DNA from: a virus
Lineage: Duplodnaviria; Caudoviricetes
Direction: 5' to 3' (one strand)
IMG/VR virus record: IMGVR_UViG_3300031813_000004
Location: 1-64,000 of that record
Length of the DNA: 64,000 bases
The position numbers and the translations under genes are program-made. How positions within the stretch are numbered: the stretch's first letter is position 1; each line of letters opens with the position of its first letter. Under the pieces are notes generated by a model. That model searched no databases. It was not told where the DNA came from and saw only the letters and a program-made list of their open reading frames with translations. Positions 47,478 through 56,884 of this stretch are shown piece after piece.

Positions 47478-48359
47478 ATGTATAATAAAGTTGTAATTGC
47501 AGGTGTTGGATCTCTAGGTAGTTTCTTCTCTTATCATTTAGCAAAAAGTGGTTGTATTAAAGAAATGTTATTATATGATTCAGATATAGTAGATGAAAAG
47601 AATCTAAAAAATTCTATATTTACTAAAGAAGATATTGGAAAACCAAAAGTATATTCAATAAGAAATAGAATAATTAGAGATTGTAATAATATTAAAGTTG
47701 ATCTTTTTGCAAGAAAATATATAGAAGGTGAAACTAAATTACCTAATGATGTAGATTTAGTAATTGATTGTAGTGATAATTTTCAAGAAAGAAAAGGTAT
47801 AACAGATGTTAAAATGTATTTTCAACACTCAGATTTTTTAATTATTGATTGTAGAAAAAATACATCATATAAACCATTAAAAGAAAATTCAAGTTATTCT
47901 ATAGAATTAATTAAATCAAAAATTGAATTGGCAACTATGATAGCAAGTCAATATTTTTATACCGGTATTATAAAAGAATTAATTATATCAAATAAACTAC
48001 ACTCAATTGATTTAGATTTTCCAACTACTGACTTTTATAAAAATAAAAATAGTGTTGATCATGTTAATGTATTATATGATGCAAATGATAAAGATGATAT
48101 TTTAGAAGATTTTGATTTACATGTTTGTGAAATATTGGATAAAAATAAAGAATATCCTGTAGTTTTGCAATTAAAAAATAATGATAAACAAATTAAATAC
48201 AAAGAATTAAAAGTTTCAGAATTTAAAGATATTGATCATGTTAGAAATCAAATATTATCTTTAATAGATAATGAGAATAGTTATTATAGAATTAATGTTC
48301 CTCTTGCTAGAAAAGGAAAATTTTTAGTTAAAATTATTCCACAAACAATTTCAGCTTAG
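47478..48359 (+). CDS. second ThiF/E1-like protein
   Basis: GVGSLGS, YDSDIVDEKNL, DIGKPKV, IDCSD. Confidence 0.85.
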   Translation: MYNKVVIAGVGSLGSFFSYHLAKSGCIKEMLLYDSDIVDEKNLKNSIFTKEDIGKPKVYSIRNRIIRDCNNIKVDLFARKYIEGETKLPNDVDLVIDCSDNFQERKGITDVKMYFQHSDFLIIDCRKNTSYKPLKENSSYSIELIKSKIELATMIASQYFYTGIIKELIISNKLHSIDLDFPTTDFYKNKNSVDHVNVLYDANDKDDILEDFDLHVCEILDKNKEYPVVLQLKNNDKQIKYKELKVSEFKDIDHVRNQILSLIDNENSYYRINVPLARKGKFLVKIIPQTISA

Positions 48360-48376
48360 GAGGATACATACAATAT

Positions 48377-48841
48377 ATGAAAAAAATTGAAGATATTAAA
48401 ATATTATCAGAAGAAAATAACATAACCACAAAACTAAATATAAATTGTAGGATTAAACCTACAATACTTATACAGAATAATAAAAGATATGAAATAATTA
48501 ATTTAAAAGAAGAATTTATAATTAAAAATTATTCAATAATATTAAAAAATGGATTTTTAAACACTGTCTATTTTGATAGTCCTCATCCAAATAAGAATCC
48601 AGATAATAACGAGTATTGTTTAGGAAATTATTTTAAAATTGAAAGATTTGAATGGGATTCAGATTTAGATATTTTAGAACATCAAATATTAATTCATAAT
48701 TATGATAATTGCTATCAAAAGTATTGGGGAACTTTTTCTTATGTTTCTACAGATTTAAAACAGTTAAGTTTTAAAATAAATAAAGAAAAACAAATTATAA
48801 ATAAAGGATTTAATTTTTCAAATTCACTCATTATGAATTAA
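48377..48841 (+). CDS. putative E2/UBC-like protein
   Basis: PHPN-KNPDNNEY-CLG resembles the E2 HPN-x(7-8)-C active site; immediately downstream of an E1-like gene. Confidence 0.55.
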   Translation: MKKIEDIKILSEENNITTKLNINCRIKPTILIQNNKRYEIINLKEEFIIKNYSIILKNGFLNTVYFDSPHPNKNPDNNEYCLGNYFKIERFEWDSDLDILEHQILIHNYDNCYQKYWGTFSYVSTDLKQLSFKINKEKQIINKGFNFSNSLIMN

Positions 48842-48850
48842 GGAGAATAT

Positions 48851-49042
48851 ATGGAAGACAAAGATTCAAAAGAAAAAATTAAAAATGTTGGAACTGAAGC
48901 AGTTGATGAATTATTTGGAGTGATTAAGAAATTTGTAGGTGGTGCTACTAATGTTATGTTTGATATTCTAAATAAAAAATCAAAAGAAGTCATACAAAAA
49001 GGAGATAAAAATGTCAACAAAGAAACAGAAGATAAAAAGTAA
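48851..49042 (+). CDS. hypothetical protein
   Basis: ORF with RBS. Confidence 0.55.
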   Translation: MEDKDSKEKIKNVGTEAVDELFGVIKKFVGGATNVMFDILNKKSKEVIQKGDKNVNKETEDKK

Positions 49043-49235
49043 TTTAGGAGACGTATTTGAAAAAGAGATTGAAATAATAGTTGATAGAGTTTTAGAAGAA
49101 AGAAAAGATAATTTTACTAGGGAAGAAGTAAAAAGTATAGTTCAAGAAATATTACCTGAATTACATACGTTGACCAGCTCAATAGTAAAACAACATATAA
49201 GAGAAATTGGAAAATTTATGGCAGAAAATTTCTAA
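49011..49235 (+). CDS. hypothetical protein
   Basis: ORF with RBS. Confidence 0.6.
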   Translation: MSTKKQKIKSNLGDVFEKEIEIIVDRVLEERKDNFTREEVKSIVQEILPELHTLTSSIVKQHIREIGKFMAENF

Positions 49236-49266
49236 TAAAATCTAATAATACAGCAAGGAGCATTCA

Positions 49267-51957
49267 ATGCCAAAGTTTCTAGATATTAATGGATTCTGTG
49301 AAGAATTAAAAGAAGTTACATCTATAAAGATTATTGATAAGAAAAATTTTCATAAGGATGGTTTATTTTCTGAGCAGATATTTGGGCCTATAAAAAATTA
49401 TACATGTCAATGTGGAACTTATTATGGTGTATCTAGATCTGGAGGAACATGTAGTATTTGTGGTGTTGATGTTATAAATTCTTATGAAAGACGAAAAAGA
49501 TTTGCAAAGATAGTTATTCCAATAAAAGTTGTAAATCCAATATTTTATCATTTCTTATCATATCTTTGTGGTTCATCACTAATGTCGTCTATAGATGTTT
49601 TACTTAAAGATGAAAAAAGTGTTATGTTTAAAGAAGGTGATGAATATATAGTTAAATCTTCAGATTTAGTTCCAGATAATATCAATACTTGGGAAAGAAC
49701 AGAAGCAATTTATGAAATGGTTTTAGAAATTTCAAGAAAATTTGCAAAACAAGATTCATTATGGAATTTAGTTTATACAAATATAGATAAATTATTAATG
49801 AAAAATATTATAGTTTTACCCCCAGATATGAGGCCAGCAGCAAAAGGAGTTGAAAGAAATAATCAAGTTGTAGATGAAATTAATAAGTATTATATGCAAA
49901 TATTAACTAAACGTGAAATAATGTTGAGCACTATTGTAGATATAGAAAATAGTAAACAAATGTATTATCAATATTTTAGACAATTACAAAAAGATGTATT
50001 TGAATTATATGATCATATTATTACTAAATTATCTAAAAAAGAAGGTTTAATTAGAGGAAATATTTTAGGCAAAAGAATTGATTTTAGTGGAAGAGCAGTT
50101 ATTATTCCAGATCCTAAATTAAATTTAGATGAATGTACATTACCATATGTTATGGTATTAGAATTATATAAATTACCAATAGCCAAAAGATTAATTGAAC
50201 GAAGTAAATTTAGACTTTTAAATGATGCTATTGATTTTATAGATAAATGTATTGAGTATAAGAAACCTGATTTATTAGAAGATGTAAAAGAAGTTGTTAA
50301 AGATGAAGTTTGCCTTTTAAATAGACAACCTTCGTTACATAGATTAAGTCTTGTAGGATTCAAATTTAATGTATCTTTAGATAATGTAATTAAAATACAT
50401 CCTTTAGTGTGTTCTGGTTATAATGCAGATTTTGATGGTGACCAGATGGCTTGTTATATTCCAATAAGTGATAAAACAAGAAATGAGGTTTTAGATAAAT
50501 TAATTGTAACTAAAAATTTAACAAGCCCATCAAATGAAAGTTTAGCTACAGTACCATCACAAGATATTATTTTAGGAATATTTCTATTAACATCTGACAA
50601 ATTTACAAATCTTAAAAATAAAGTTCAATATAAAAATTTAGAAATACCTGATCATATGAAAATATTTAACGAATGTCTTCCTGAAAAATATCCAGTTGTT
50701 AATGAAGTTGTATCAAAAAAGAACTTAACTAGAATATTAAATGATGTTAAAAATAATTATCCAAGTGATATTGTAGTTACATTAGATAAAATTAAAGCGA
50801 CAGGATTTAAATATGCAACATTATTTGGTCCTACTATTTCATTAAACCATTGTGAAATTGATAATGTTGAAGAATTAAAAGCTTCTATTTATGAAACAGA
50901 TGATATTATGAAACATTTAAATAAAATATCTGGTAAAGAAATTGAAGATATTTTAAAAGAAAAATTTGATTATGCATTCCTAGTAGATTCTGGATCCCGA
51001 GGGAGCTGGGCCCAAATGCGCCAGCTTATTTTGACCAGAGGATACGTTTCTAATTTTGATGGTGTAATATGTCCAACTGCAATAAAAAGTAATCTTTTAG
51101 ACGGGTTAGATGAAACTGAATTCTTTAATTCATGTTATGGTAGTAGAAAAGGTCTATTGGATGTTGCACTGACCACAGGAACATCTGGGTATCTTTCAAG
51201 AAAATTAATTTTCACTGGAGTTAATTTACAATTAAGCGCAACTCTTGATGATTGTGGAACAAAAGATTTATTAGAAGTAAATGTAGTTAACCATAAAAAA
51301 GCAAAATTAATGGTAAATAAATATTATTTAAATAATGATAAATTAGAATTAATTACTATAAATAATTATTCTTCATTAATAGGAAAAATTATTAAAGTTA
51401 GGAGTCCAATTTATTGTAAAAGTCCAGAAATATGTCATAAATGTTATGGAGATACATATAAAGCAGTAGATAGTAGATTTATAGGTATTCTTGCAGCACA
51501 ATCACTTGGTGAAGCTGCCACTCAATTAACATTAAGAACTTTTCATCTTAGTGGTGTAGCAAGTGTAAAAGAAGGTGCAACAGATGCATCACAATCTGAT
51601 ATAGTAAGTGACTTAAAAATTGTTTCAGATTTATTGCATAAGTTTAAGAAAGGACAAACCCCAGAAGATTTAGTTCATAATTTATCAGATGTATATAACA
51701 ATACAAAAGAAATTCTTCATGTTCATTTTGAATGTATAGTCTCTCAATTAATGTGGGTCGATGATTTTAAATGGAGATTAATAAAAAATAGAGAAAAAAT
51801 AGTTCCAAAATATGTATCTATACAAAGTGCGCCTTCATTAGAAAGCTTTCTTGTAGGAATGGCATTTTCCAATCCTAGGACCCATATTTTGAAAGGTTTG
51901 ATTCATGGAGGAAACTACACAGGAATATTTGATAAAATTTTATTAGGAGAATTCTAA
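49267..51957 (+). CDS. rpoC: RNA polymerase beta' subunit, intact (RNAP set 2)
   Basis: GLFSEQIFGP, Zn finger, GKRIDFSGRAVI, NRQPSLH, YNADFDGDQM, TSGYLSRKL, TQLTLRTFH. Confidence 0.97.
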   Translation: MPKFLDINGFCEELKEVTSIKIIDKKNFHKDGLFSEQIFGPIKNYTCQCGTYYGVSRSGGTCSICGVDVINSYERRKRFAKIVIPIKVVNPIFYHFLSYLCGSSLMSSIDVLLKDEKSVMFKEGDEYIVKSSDLVPDNINTWERTEAIYEMVLEISRKFAKQDSLWNLVYTNIDKLLMKNIIVLPPDMRPAAKGVERNNQVVDEINKYYMQILTKREIMLSTIVDIENSKQMYYQYFRQLQKDVFELYDHIITKLSKKEGLIRGNILGKRIDFSGRAVIIPDPKLNLDECTLPYVMVLELYKLPIAKRLIERSKFRLLNDAIDFIDKCIEYKKPDLLEDVKEVVKDEVCLLNRQPSLHRLSLVGFKFNVSLDNVIKIHPLVCSGYNADFDGDQMACYIPISDKTRNEVLDKLIVTKNLTSPSNESLATVPSQDIILGIFLLTSDKFTNLKNKVQYKNLEIPDHMKIFNECLPEKYPVVNEVVSKKNLTRILNDVKNNYPSDIVVTLDKIKATGFKYATLFGPTISLNHCEIDNVEELKASIYETDDIMKHLNKISGKEIEDILKEKFDYAFLVDSGSRGSWAQMRQLILTRGYVSNFDGVICPTAIKSNLLDGLDETEFFNSCYGSRKGLLDVALTTGTSGYLSRKLIFTGVNLQLSATLDDCGTKDLLEVNVVNHKKAKLMVNKYYLNNDKLELITINNYSSLIGKIIKVRSPIYCKSPEICHKCYGDTYKAVDSRFIGILAAQSLGEAATQLTLRTFHLSGVASVKEGATDASQSDIVSDLKIVSDLLHKFKKGQTPEDLVHNLSDVYNNTKEILHVHFECIVSQLMWVDDFKWRLIKNREKIVPKYVSIQSAPSLESFLVGMAFSNPRTHILKGLIHGGNYTGIFDKILLGEF

Positions 51958-51963
51958 AATTTA

Positions 51964-51989
51964 AAGGGAGACTTTAATTAGTCTCCCTA
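51964..51989 (+). terminator. hairpin after beta'
   Basis: AGGGAGACT...AGTCTCCCT. Confidence 0.5.
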
Positions 51990-52007
51990 AAATAAAAGGA
52001 GTTAATA

Positions 52008-52271
52008 ATGGCAATAACAAAGGATAATGATAAAATATTTTTACATGATAATAGAAAAGAAAACTCAGGTTTACATATGTTATATGTTAAATGGGCATGT
52101 AAACATTTAACAGCAATAGATAGAACTATTAAAAAATTTGATGATTTTTCAAATATTAATATGATTCCTATTATTGAGGCTTTAGTTATAGAAAGAGAAA
52201 AATTATGTAATGAATATGCATCTTATCATGATGCTAATGAAATTTTAGAAGAAATTGAATCTGAAAAATAA
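52008..52271 (+). CDS. hypothetical protein
   Basis: ORF with RBS. Confidence 0.6.
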   Translation: MAITKDNDKIFLHDNRKENSGLHMLYVKWACKHLTAIDRTIKKFDDFSNINMIPIIEALVIEREKLCNEYASYHDANEILEEIESEK

Positions 52272-52284
52272 ATAAGGACTAAAT

Positions 52285-53112
52285 ATGATAAATTGTATCT
52301 TAAATAATAATAATATTTTCTATTTCGATTCATATAATAAAAATTTAATTGCTGGTAAATTTGAATTGAATAATTTTAATAATAAATACGAATATTTAGA
52401 ATTTATGTATAATCCTTTAACTAAAAAAGTAAAATTATTAGAAAGTAAAAAATTTAATATAATTAAATTAGAAGAACAATTATTAAAATTAGACTTTTCT
52501 AATATAATTCCTAATTTAATAATAAAACCAATTGAAAATCCATTTATTAAATTTAAGGAACCACAAATAGTTACTAAAGATGTTATTGAATTATTAAAAG
52601 AATTGAACTCGATAAGGGACTCGATAAGGAACTCGATAGGGGACTCGATAAGGAACTCGATATGGGACTCGATAGGGAACTCGATATGGGTCTCGATAGG
52701 GAACTCGATAGGGGACTCGATAAGGAACTCGATATGGGTCTCGATAAGGAACTCGATAGGGGACTCGATAGGGGACTCGATAGGGGACTCGATAAGGAAC
52801 TCGATAGGGGACTCGATAGGGAACTCGATAGGGGACTCGATAGGGGACTCGATAGGGAACTCGATAGGGGACTCGATAAGGAACTCGATAGAGAACTCGA
52901 TATGGGTCTCGATAGGGAACTCGTTATATTGTTATTTTGCATCATTTGTTTATATTAAATCTTGGAAAGGATTAGAACATCTAGGTGAAAATCCTTGGTT
53001 GCCAAACCAGAAACTATGGAATTTAGGATTTATTCCAAGTTTTGATGATAAAACTTGGAAATTACATTCTGGAAATAAAGCAACTATTGTTTATGAAATG
53101 AATAAAATTTAA
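52285..53112 (+). CDS. hypothetical protein with tetrapeptide repeats (N/D-S-I-G/R/W)
   Basis: + frame with RBS; unique N- and C-termini flank the repeat. Confidence 0.75.
   Translation: MINCILNNNNIFYFDSYNKNLIAGKFELNNFNNKYEYLEFMYNPLTKKVKLLESKKFNIIKLEEQLLKLDFSNIIPNLIIKPIENPFIKFKEPQIVTKDVIELLKELNSIRDSIRNSIGDSIRNSIWDSIGNSIWVSIGNSIGDSIRNSIWVSIRNSIGDSIGDSIGDSIRNSIGDSIGNSIGDSIGDSIGNSIGDSIRNSIENSIWVSIGNSLYCYFASFVYIKSWKGLEHLGENPWLPNQKLWNLGFIPSFDDKTWKLHSGNKATIVYEMNKI
52606..52923 (+). repeat. ~26 x 12-bp coding tandem repeat (RAC-TCG-ATA-DGG)
   Basis: Invariant TCGATA core every 12 nt. Confidence 0.95.
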
Positions 53113-53146
53113 AAATAAGACAATCAAAAACTATACAGGAGAGTAT

Positions 53147-56100
53147 ATGGAACTCACAAATCCAGTTTATAAAATTCAAAATCCAGTGAATAATATATTT
53201 ACTATAAGAGAAAAAGAATATTCAGAATTAGAAATTTTGATTAGAGAAGTATTGAAACCTGCTGAAGAGTTGGGATTTGAACTAATGGAATTTGGGATAA
53301 AGGATTCCAGATTTTCTAATGAAGGAGAATTAGATAAAACATTAAAAAAGACTGTTGTTATTAAATTTAAAAAATTAGAAGATGAAATTAATTTATCAAT
53401 GGCTATACCAAAATTAGTAGGTGGAAATTATTTTTATATTAATGGAAAAAAGAAAATTCCATTATATCAATTATTTGATATTCCAGTTGTAACTAGAGGA
53501 AAAACTATTAAAATAAGAACTAATGTTGCAACTTTAACAGTTATATTATCAAAAGAAGAACCATCAGTTCAAGTTAATTTTATAGGAAAGACTATACCAT
53601 TGTCTTTATTATTATTTTCTTATTATGGCCCAGAAGAAGTAGAAAATAAATTTAAATTAAAAGAATTAGATTATAGTATATTAAAGAAAGATACAGTATA
53701 TGAAAAATTAATACATGATTTAAAAATGTATTCAGATGCATCACCTAATTATGAACAAGATGATTTTATTAAAGAATTAGGTAGATTTAGTTCTAAATAT
53801 GACCCGACTCAAAAGGGCCAAGATATGGTATATGCTTTGAGTATTATGTTGAAGTGTGATATCATGTCTGCTAGATTCTTTAAAAATAATTGTGTAATAG
53901 AAGAATTATTAGAAGTTTTACAAAATCCAAATGTTGATGATACTGAATATTCAAATAAAAGAATTAGATGTTTTGAATATATAGTATTAGGTAAAATATC
54001 AAAAACAATTTTCGATTTTTGTGTATCAAATAGAAATGCAAAAAAACCTAAATATAATGTAAATTCAACATTAATATTATCTGAATGTAATGTTTCAGAT
54101 ATAGTTCAATTTGATTTTTCTATTAATCCTATTGAGGAATTAACAAAATTATCAAGAACTAGTTTAGTTGGTCCTGGTGGGTTTGATAAAGAAAATGTAC
54201 CAAAGCATTTAAGAGATATAACTCCATCAATGTTTGGGAGAGTATGCCCAGTTGATACTCCTGATAGGGAGAATTGTGGAGTATTACAAAATTTAATATC
54301 AAATACAATTTTAGATGAAAATTTAAGATTCTCAGAAAATTACTTAGTTAATCAACCAATATCAATTCCTGTAAGTTTAGTTCCATTTTTAGAACATGAT
54401 GATCAAACAAGATTACAAATGGCATCTTCACAAATGAGACAAGCAATTTGTTTAACAGATTTTGATGTACCTATGATACAAAGTGGTTGCGAAGGATTAT
54501 ATACAGATTATACACAATTTGTAAGAAGAGCTAAAAAAGATGGTGAAGTTATATTTTTAGATAGTAATTGTATGGTTGTAGTTTATGAAGATAAAACTAT
54601 TGATATATTTGATACCTTTTATAGAAAAGTTTACGTTGAAAATTTAGATTTAATAGATTCAATATATTTCAAAACAGGAGATAAATTTAAAACAGGAGAT
54701 ATTTTATTAGAAAGTAGTTTTTGTAAAAATGGTAAAATAAATATTGGTAAAAATTTATTAACTGCAGTAACATCATATGATGGATATAATTATGAAGATG
54801 GTATTTTAATTTCTGATAGATTATTAAATGGTAAAAATGTTTTTACATCTATTCATTTTATAGATTTATCTTTTAATTTACCAATACATAAGGTACTATT
54901 AAATCTTCCATATAGAACTAAAGATGAAATTGAAGAAGAAAAAAGATTGAAAAGAAGGATATATAAACCTTTACCTAATCCAAAAACAACAAATGGAAAA
55001 TCATCTACTAATTTTGAAGTCCTTAAAAAAGAAATGCCTTATGCTATAATGAAAGATATACCATGTGGTCAAATGGATTTTTCATCAATATTCAGAGAAG
55101 CAACTCAATTAAATATAAAGAAAAATTTAGTTGGTATTAATGAAGTAAATATTTATGCAAATGAATGGAACAAAGAAATACCAGAATTCAATGAATGGGT
55201 TGAAAATAAAATACAAAGTCAAATAGATTATGAAAAAGAAATTCAGAAACCTATTTATGATGCATTACCAAAAGATGAAGCTTTACAATTTATTAGAGAT
55301 AACAATTTAGATAAGTTTAGTCATGTTGGAAAATATAAAAATAAAAATGAACCGATTAATGGAATGAATGTTGAAATCTATGGAATATATACAAGACAAA
55401 TAGCAGTAGGTGATAAAATAGGAAATAGACACGGAAATAAAGGTGTTATTTCAAGAATAGTACCTCATGAAAAAATGCCAAAATTAGCAGATGGTAGAAA
55501 TGTTGATATTTGTATAAATGCTTTAGGTGTTCCAAGTAGAATGAATATTGGGCAAATATTTGAATTACATATGGGATTTGCTTTAGAAAATTTAAAGAAA
55601 CAATTGAATAAGATGATAGATGATAATGAACACCAAGATGAAATTAAAAAGCATATAGTTACATTTATTACAATTATTGATAATACCAAAACTAAATGGT
55701 ATACTACCCAATTTATTGAGCAATTACCTTTAATTATTACCAAAGAATTTATAGATGAGTTTACGATAATAGCTCCTCCGTTTGAATCATCTACAAAAGA
55801 AATGGTAAAAGCTGCAATGGAATTTACTGGGAGCGAGTATGATCAAAAAGTATTTCTTCCAGAATTTGGTTGTTGGACCGAAAATAAGGTGGCATGTGGC
55901 TCAATGTATTTCTTTCGCATGACCCACATTGCAGAATCTAAATTATCTGCTAGAGGGATTGGTAGATATAGCAAGAAAACCGCTCAACCTGTTAGTGGAA
56001 AGAAATTTAAAGGTGGCCAAAGAATTGGCGAAATGGAGAGCGCGTGTTTAATTGCTCAAGATGCGATAGAAAATCTTAAAGAATGTCTAACAACTAAATC

Positions 56101-56245
56101 TGATTGTGTAGATTTAAAGAATCAATATATAAAAGATATGATTGATTCAACACAAAAAGATCCAAATCAAGTCATTGATTCAGTCCCAGAGTCAGTAAAA
56201 ATGCTTAATAGCTATTTAGTTGTGCTCGGACTCGATAAAGATTAA
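53147..56245 (+). CDS. rpoB: RNA polymerase beta subunit (RNAP set 2)
   Basis: GPGG, CPVDTPDRENCG, MASSQMRQA, GYNYEDG, GDKIGNRHGNKG, SRMNIGQ, GGQRIGEME. Confidence 0.96.
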   Translation: MELTNPVYKIQNPVNNIFTIREKEYSELEILIREVLKPAEELGFELMEFGIKDSRFSNEGELDKTLKKTVVIKFKKLEDEINLSMAIPKLVGGNYFYINGKKKIPLYQLFDIPVVTRGKTIKIRTNVATLTVILSKEEPSVQVNFIGKTIPLSLLLFSYYGPEEVENKFKLKELDYSILKKDTVYEKLIHDLKMYSDASPNYEQDDFIKELGRFSSKYDPTQKGQDMVYALSIMLKCDIMSARFFKNNCVIEELLEVLQNPNVDDTEYSNKRIRCFEYIVLGKISKTIFDFCVSNRNAKKPKYNVNSTLILSECNVSDIVQFDFSINPIEELTKLSRTSLVGPGGFDKENVPKHLRDITPSMFGRVCPVDTPDRENCGVLQNLISNTILDENLRFSENYLVNQPISIPVSLVPFLEHDDQTRLQMASSQMRQAICLTDFDVPMIQSGCEGLYTDYTQFVRRAKKDGEVIFLDSNCMVVVYEDKTIDIFDTFYRKVYVENLDLIDSIYFKTGDKFKTGDILLESSFCKNGKINIGKNLLTAVTSYDGYNYEDGILISDRLLNGKNVFTSIHFIDLSFNLPIHKVLLNLPYRTKDEIEEEKRLKRRIYKPLPNPKTTNGKSSTNFEVLKKEMPYAIMKDIPCGQMDFSSIFREATQLNIKKNLVGINEVNIYANEWNKEIPEFNEWVENKIQSQIDYEKEIQKPIYDALPKDEALQFIRDNNLDKFSHVGKYKNKNEPINGMNVEIYGIYTRQIAVGDKIGNRHGNKGVISRIVPHEKMPKLADGRNVDICINALGVPSRMNIGQIFELHMGFALENLKKQLNKMIDDNEHQDEIKKHIVTFITIIDNTKTKWYTTQFIEQLPLIITKEFIDEFTIIAPPFESSTKEMVKAAMEFTGSEYDQKVFLPEFGCWTENKVACGSMYFFRMTHIAESKLSARGIGRYSKKTAQPVSGKKFKGGQRIGEMESACLIAQDAIENLKECLTTKSDCVDLKNQYIKDMIDSTQKDPNQVIDSVPESVKMLNSYLVVLGLDKD

Positions 56246-56259
56246 AAAGGATAAACTAT

Positions 56260-56460
56260 ATGAAAGGTAAAATAAAACTTATATGTAATAACACTAAATG
56301 TAAAAAAGAATTTGAGGCAACACAAACTGAAGTGGATAGAGGGAGAAAATTCTGTTCACTTCAGTGTAGTGTTATTACAAAAAGAGCTGAAAGAAAAAGT
56401 CAAAAAATGAATAAAGAATATGATAGTAAAGGAGAGAAAAATGAAGCTTATACATATTAA
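56260..56460 (+). CDS. small zinc-finger protein
   Basis: C....CKKEF..RKFCSLQC. Confidence 0.6.
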   Translation: MKGKIKLICNNTKCKKEFEATQTEVDRGRKFCSLQCSVITKRAERKSQKMNKEYDSKGEKNEAYTY

Positions 56461-56713
56461 GACATTAAAAGAATTAAAAATTGGTGACCCAGTAACTACA
56501 TTTAAAAATGAAATTGGAATACTTGAATTTTTTAAAGAGCCTTATAAAATATCATCTACTGGTAAAGTATATATTAAATTTCTTAATTCAACACAAGAAT
56601 TATTTCCAAGAGTTATAGGAGCTAAATTTGTAGATGAAAATATTAAAGTTGAGCAATCTTTAAAAGAGAAATTATTATTAGATTATGGAGCTGAGATAAT
56701 TAAGTTTAACTGA
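56441..56713 (+). CDS. hypothetical protein
   Basis: Start moved to the ATG after AGGAGAG. Confidence 0.55.
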   Translation: MKLIHIKTLKELKIGDPVTTFKNEIGILEFFKEPYKISSTGKVYIKFLNSTQELFPRVIGAKFVDENIKVEQSLKEKLLLDYGAEIIKFN

Positions 56714-56884
56714 TGCAAAAAGTAATGGTGTTGAATATGTAAGTTTTGATACATTACCAGAAAGTAAAAGTAGAGGAAGAATTTTAATACCAATTGACGA
56801 AGCCATCACTTATTGGGAGTGTGGTCATAAAGCATTACAACATGGAGCTAACCCTGAGAATTACAATTACTAAAGGAGAATTAC

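Noticed and set aside
52583-52958. CRISPR array or overlapping repeat ORFs (minus-strand 120 aa, alternate-frame 98 aa)
   Set aside because: Units are contiguous 12-mers with no spacers; the alternative ORFs are by-products of a stop-free repeat.
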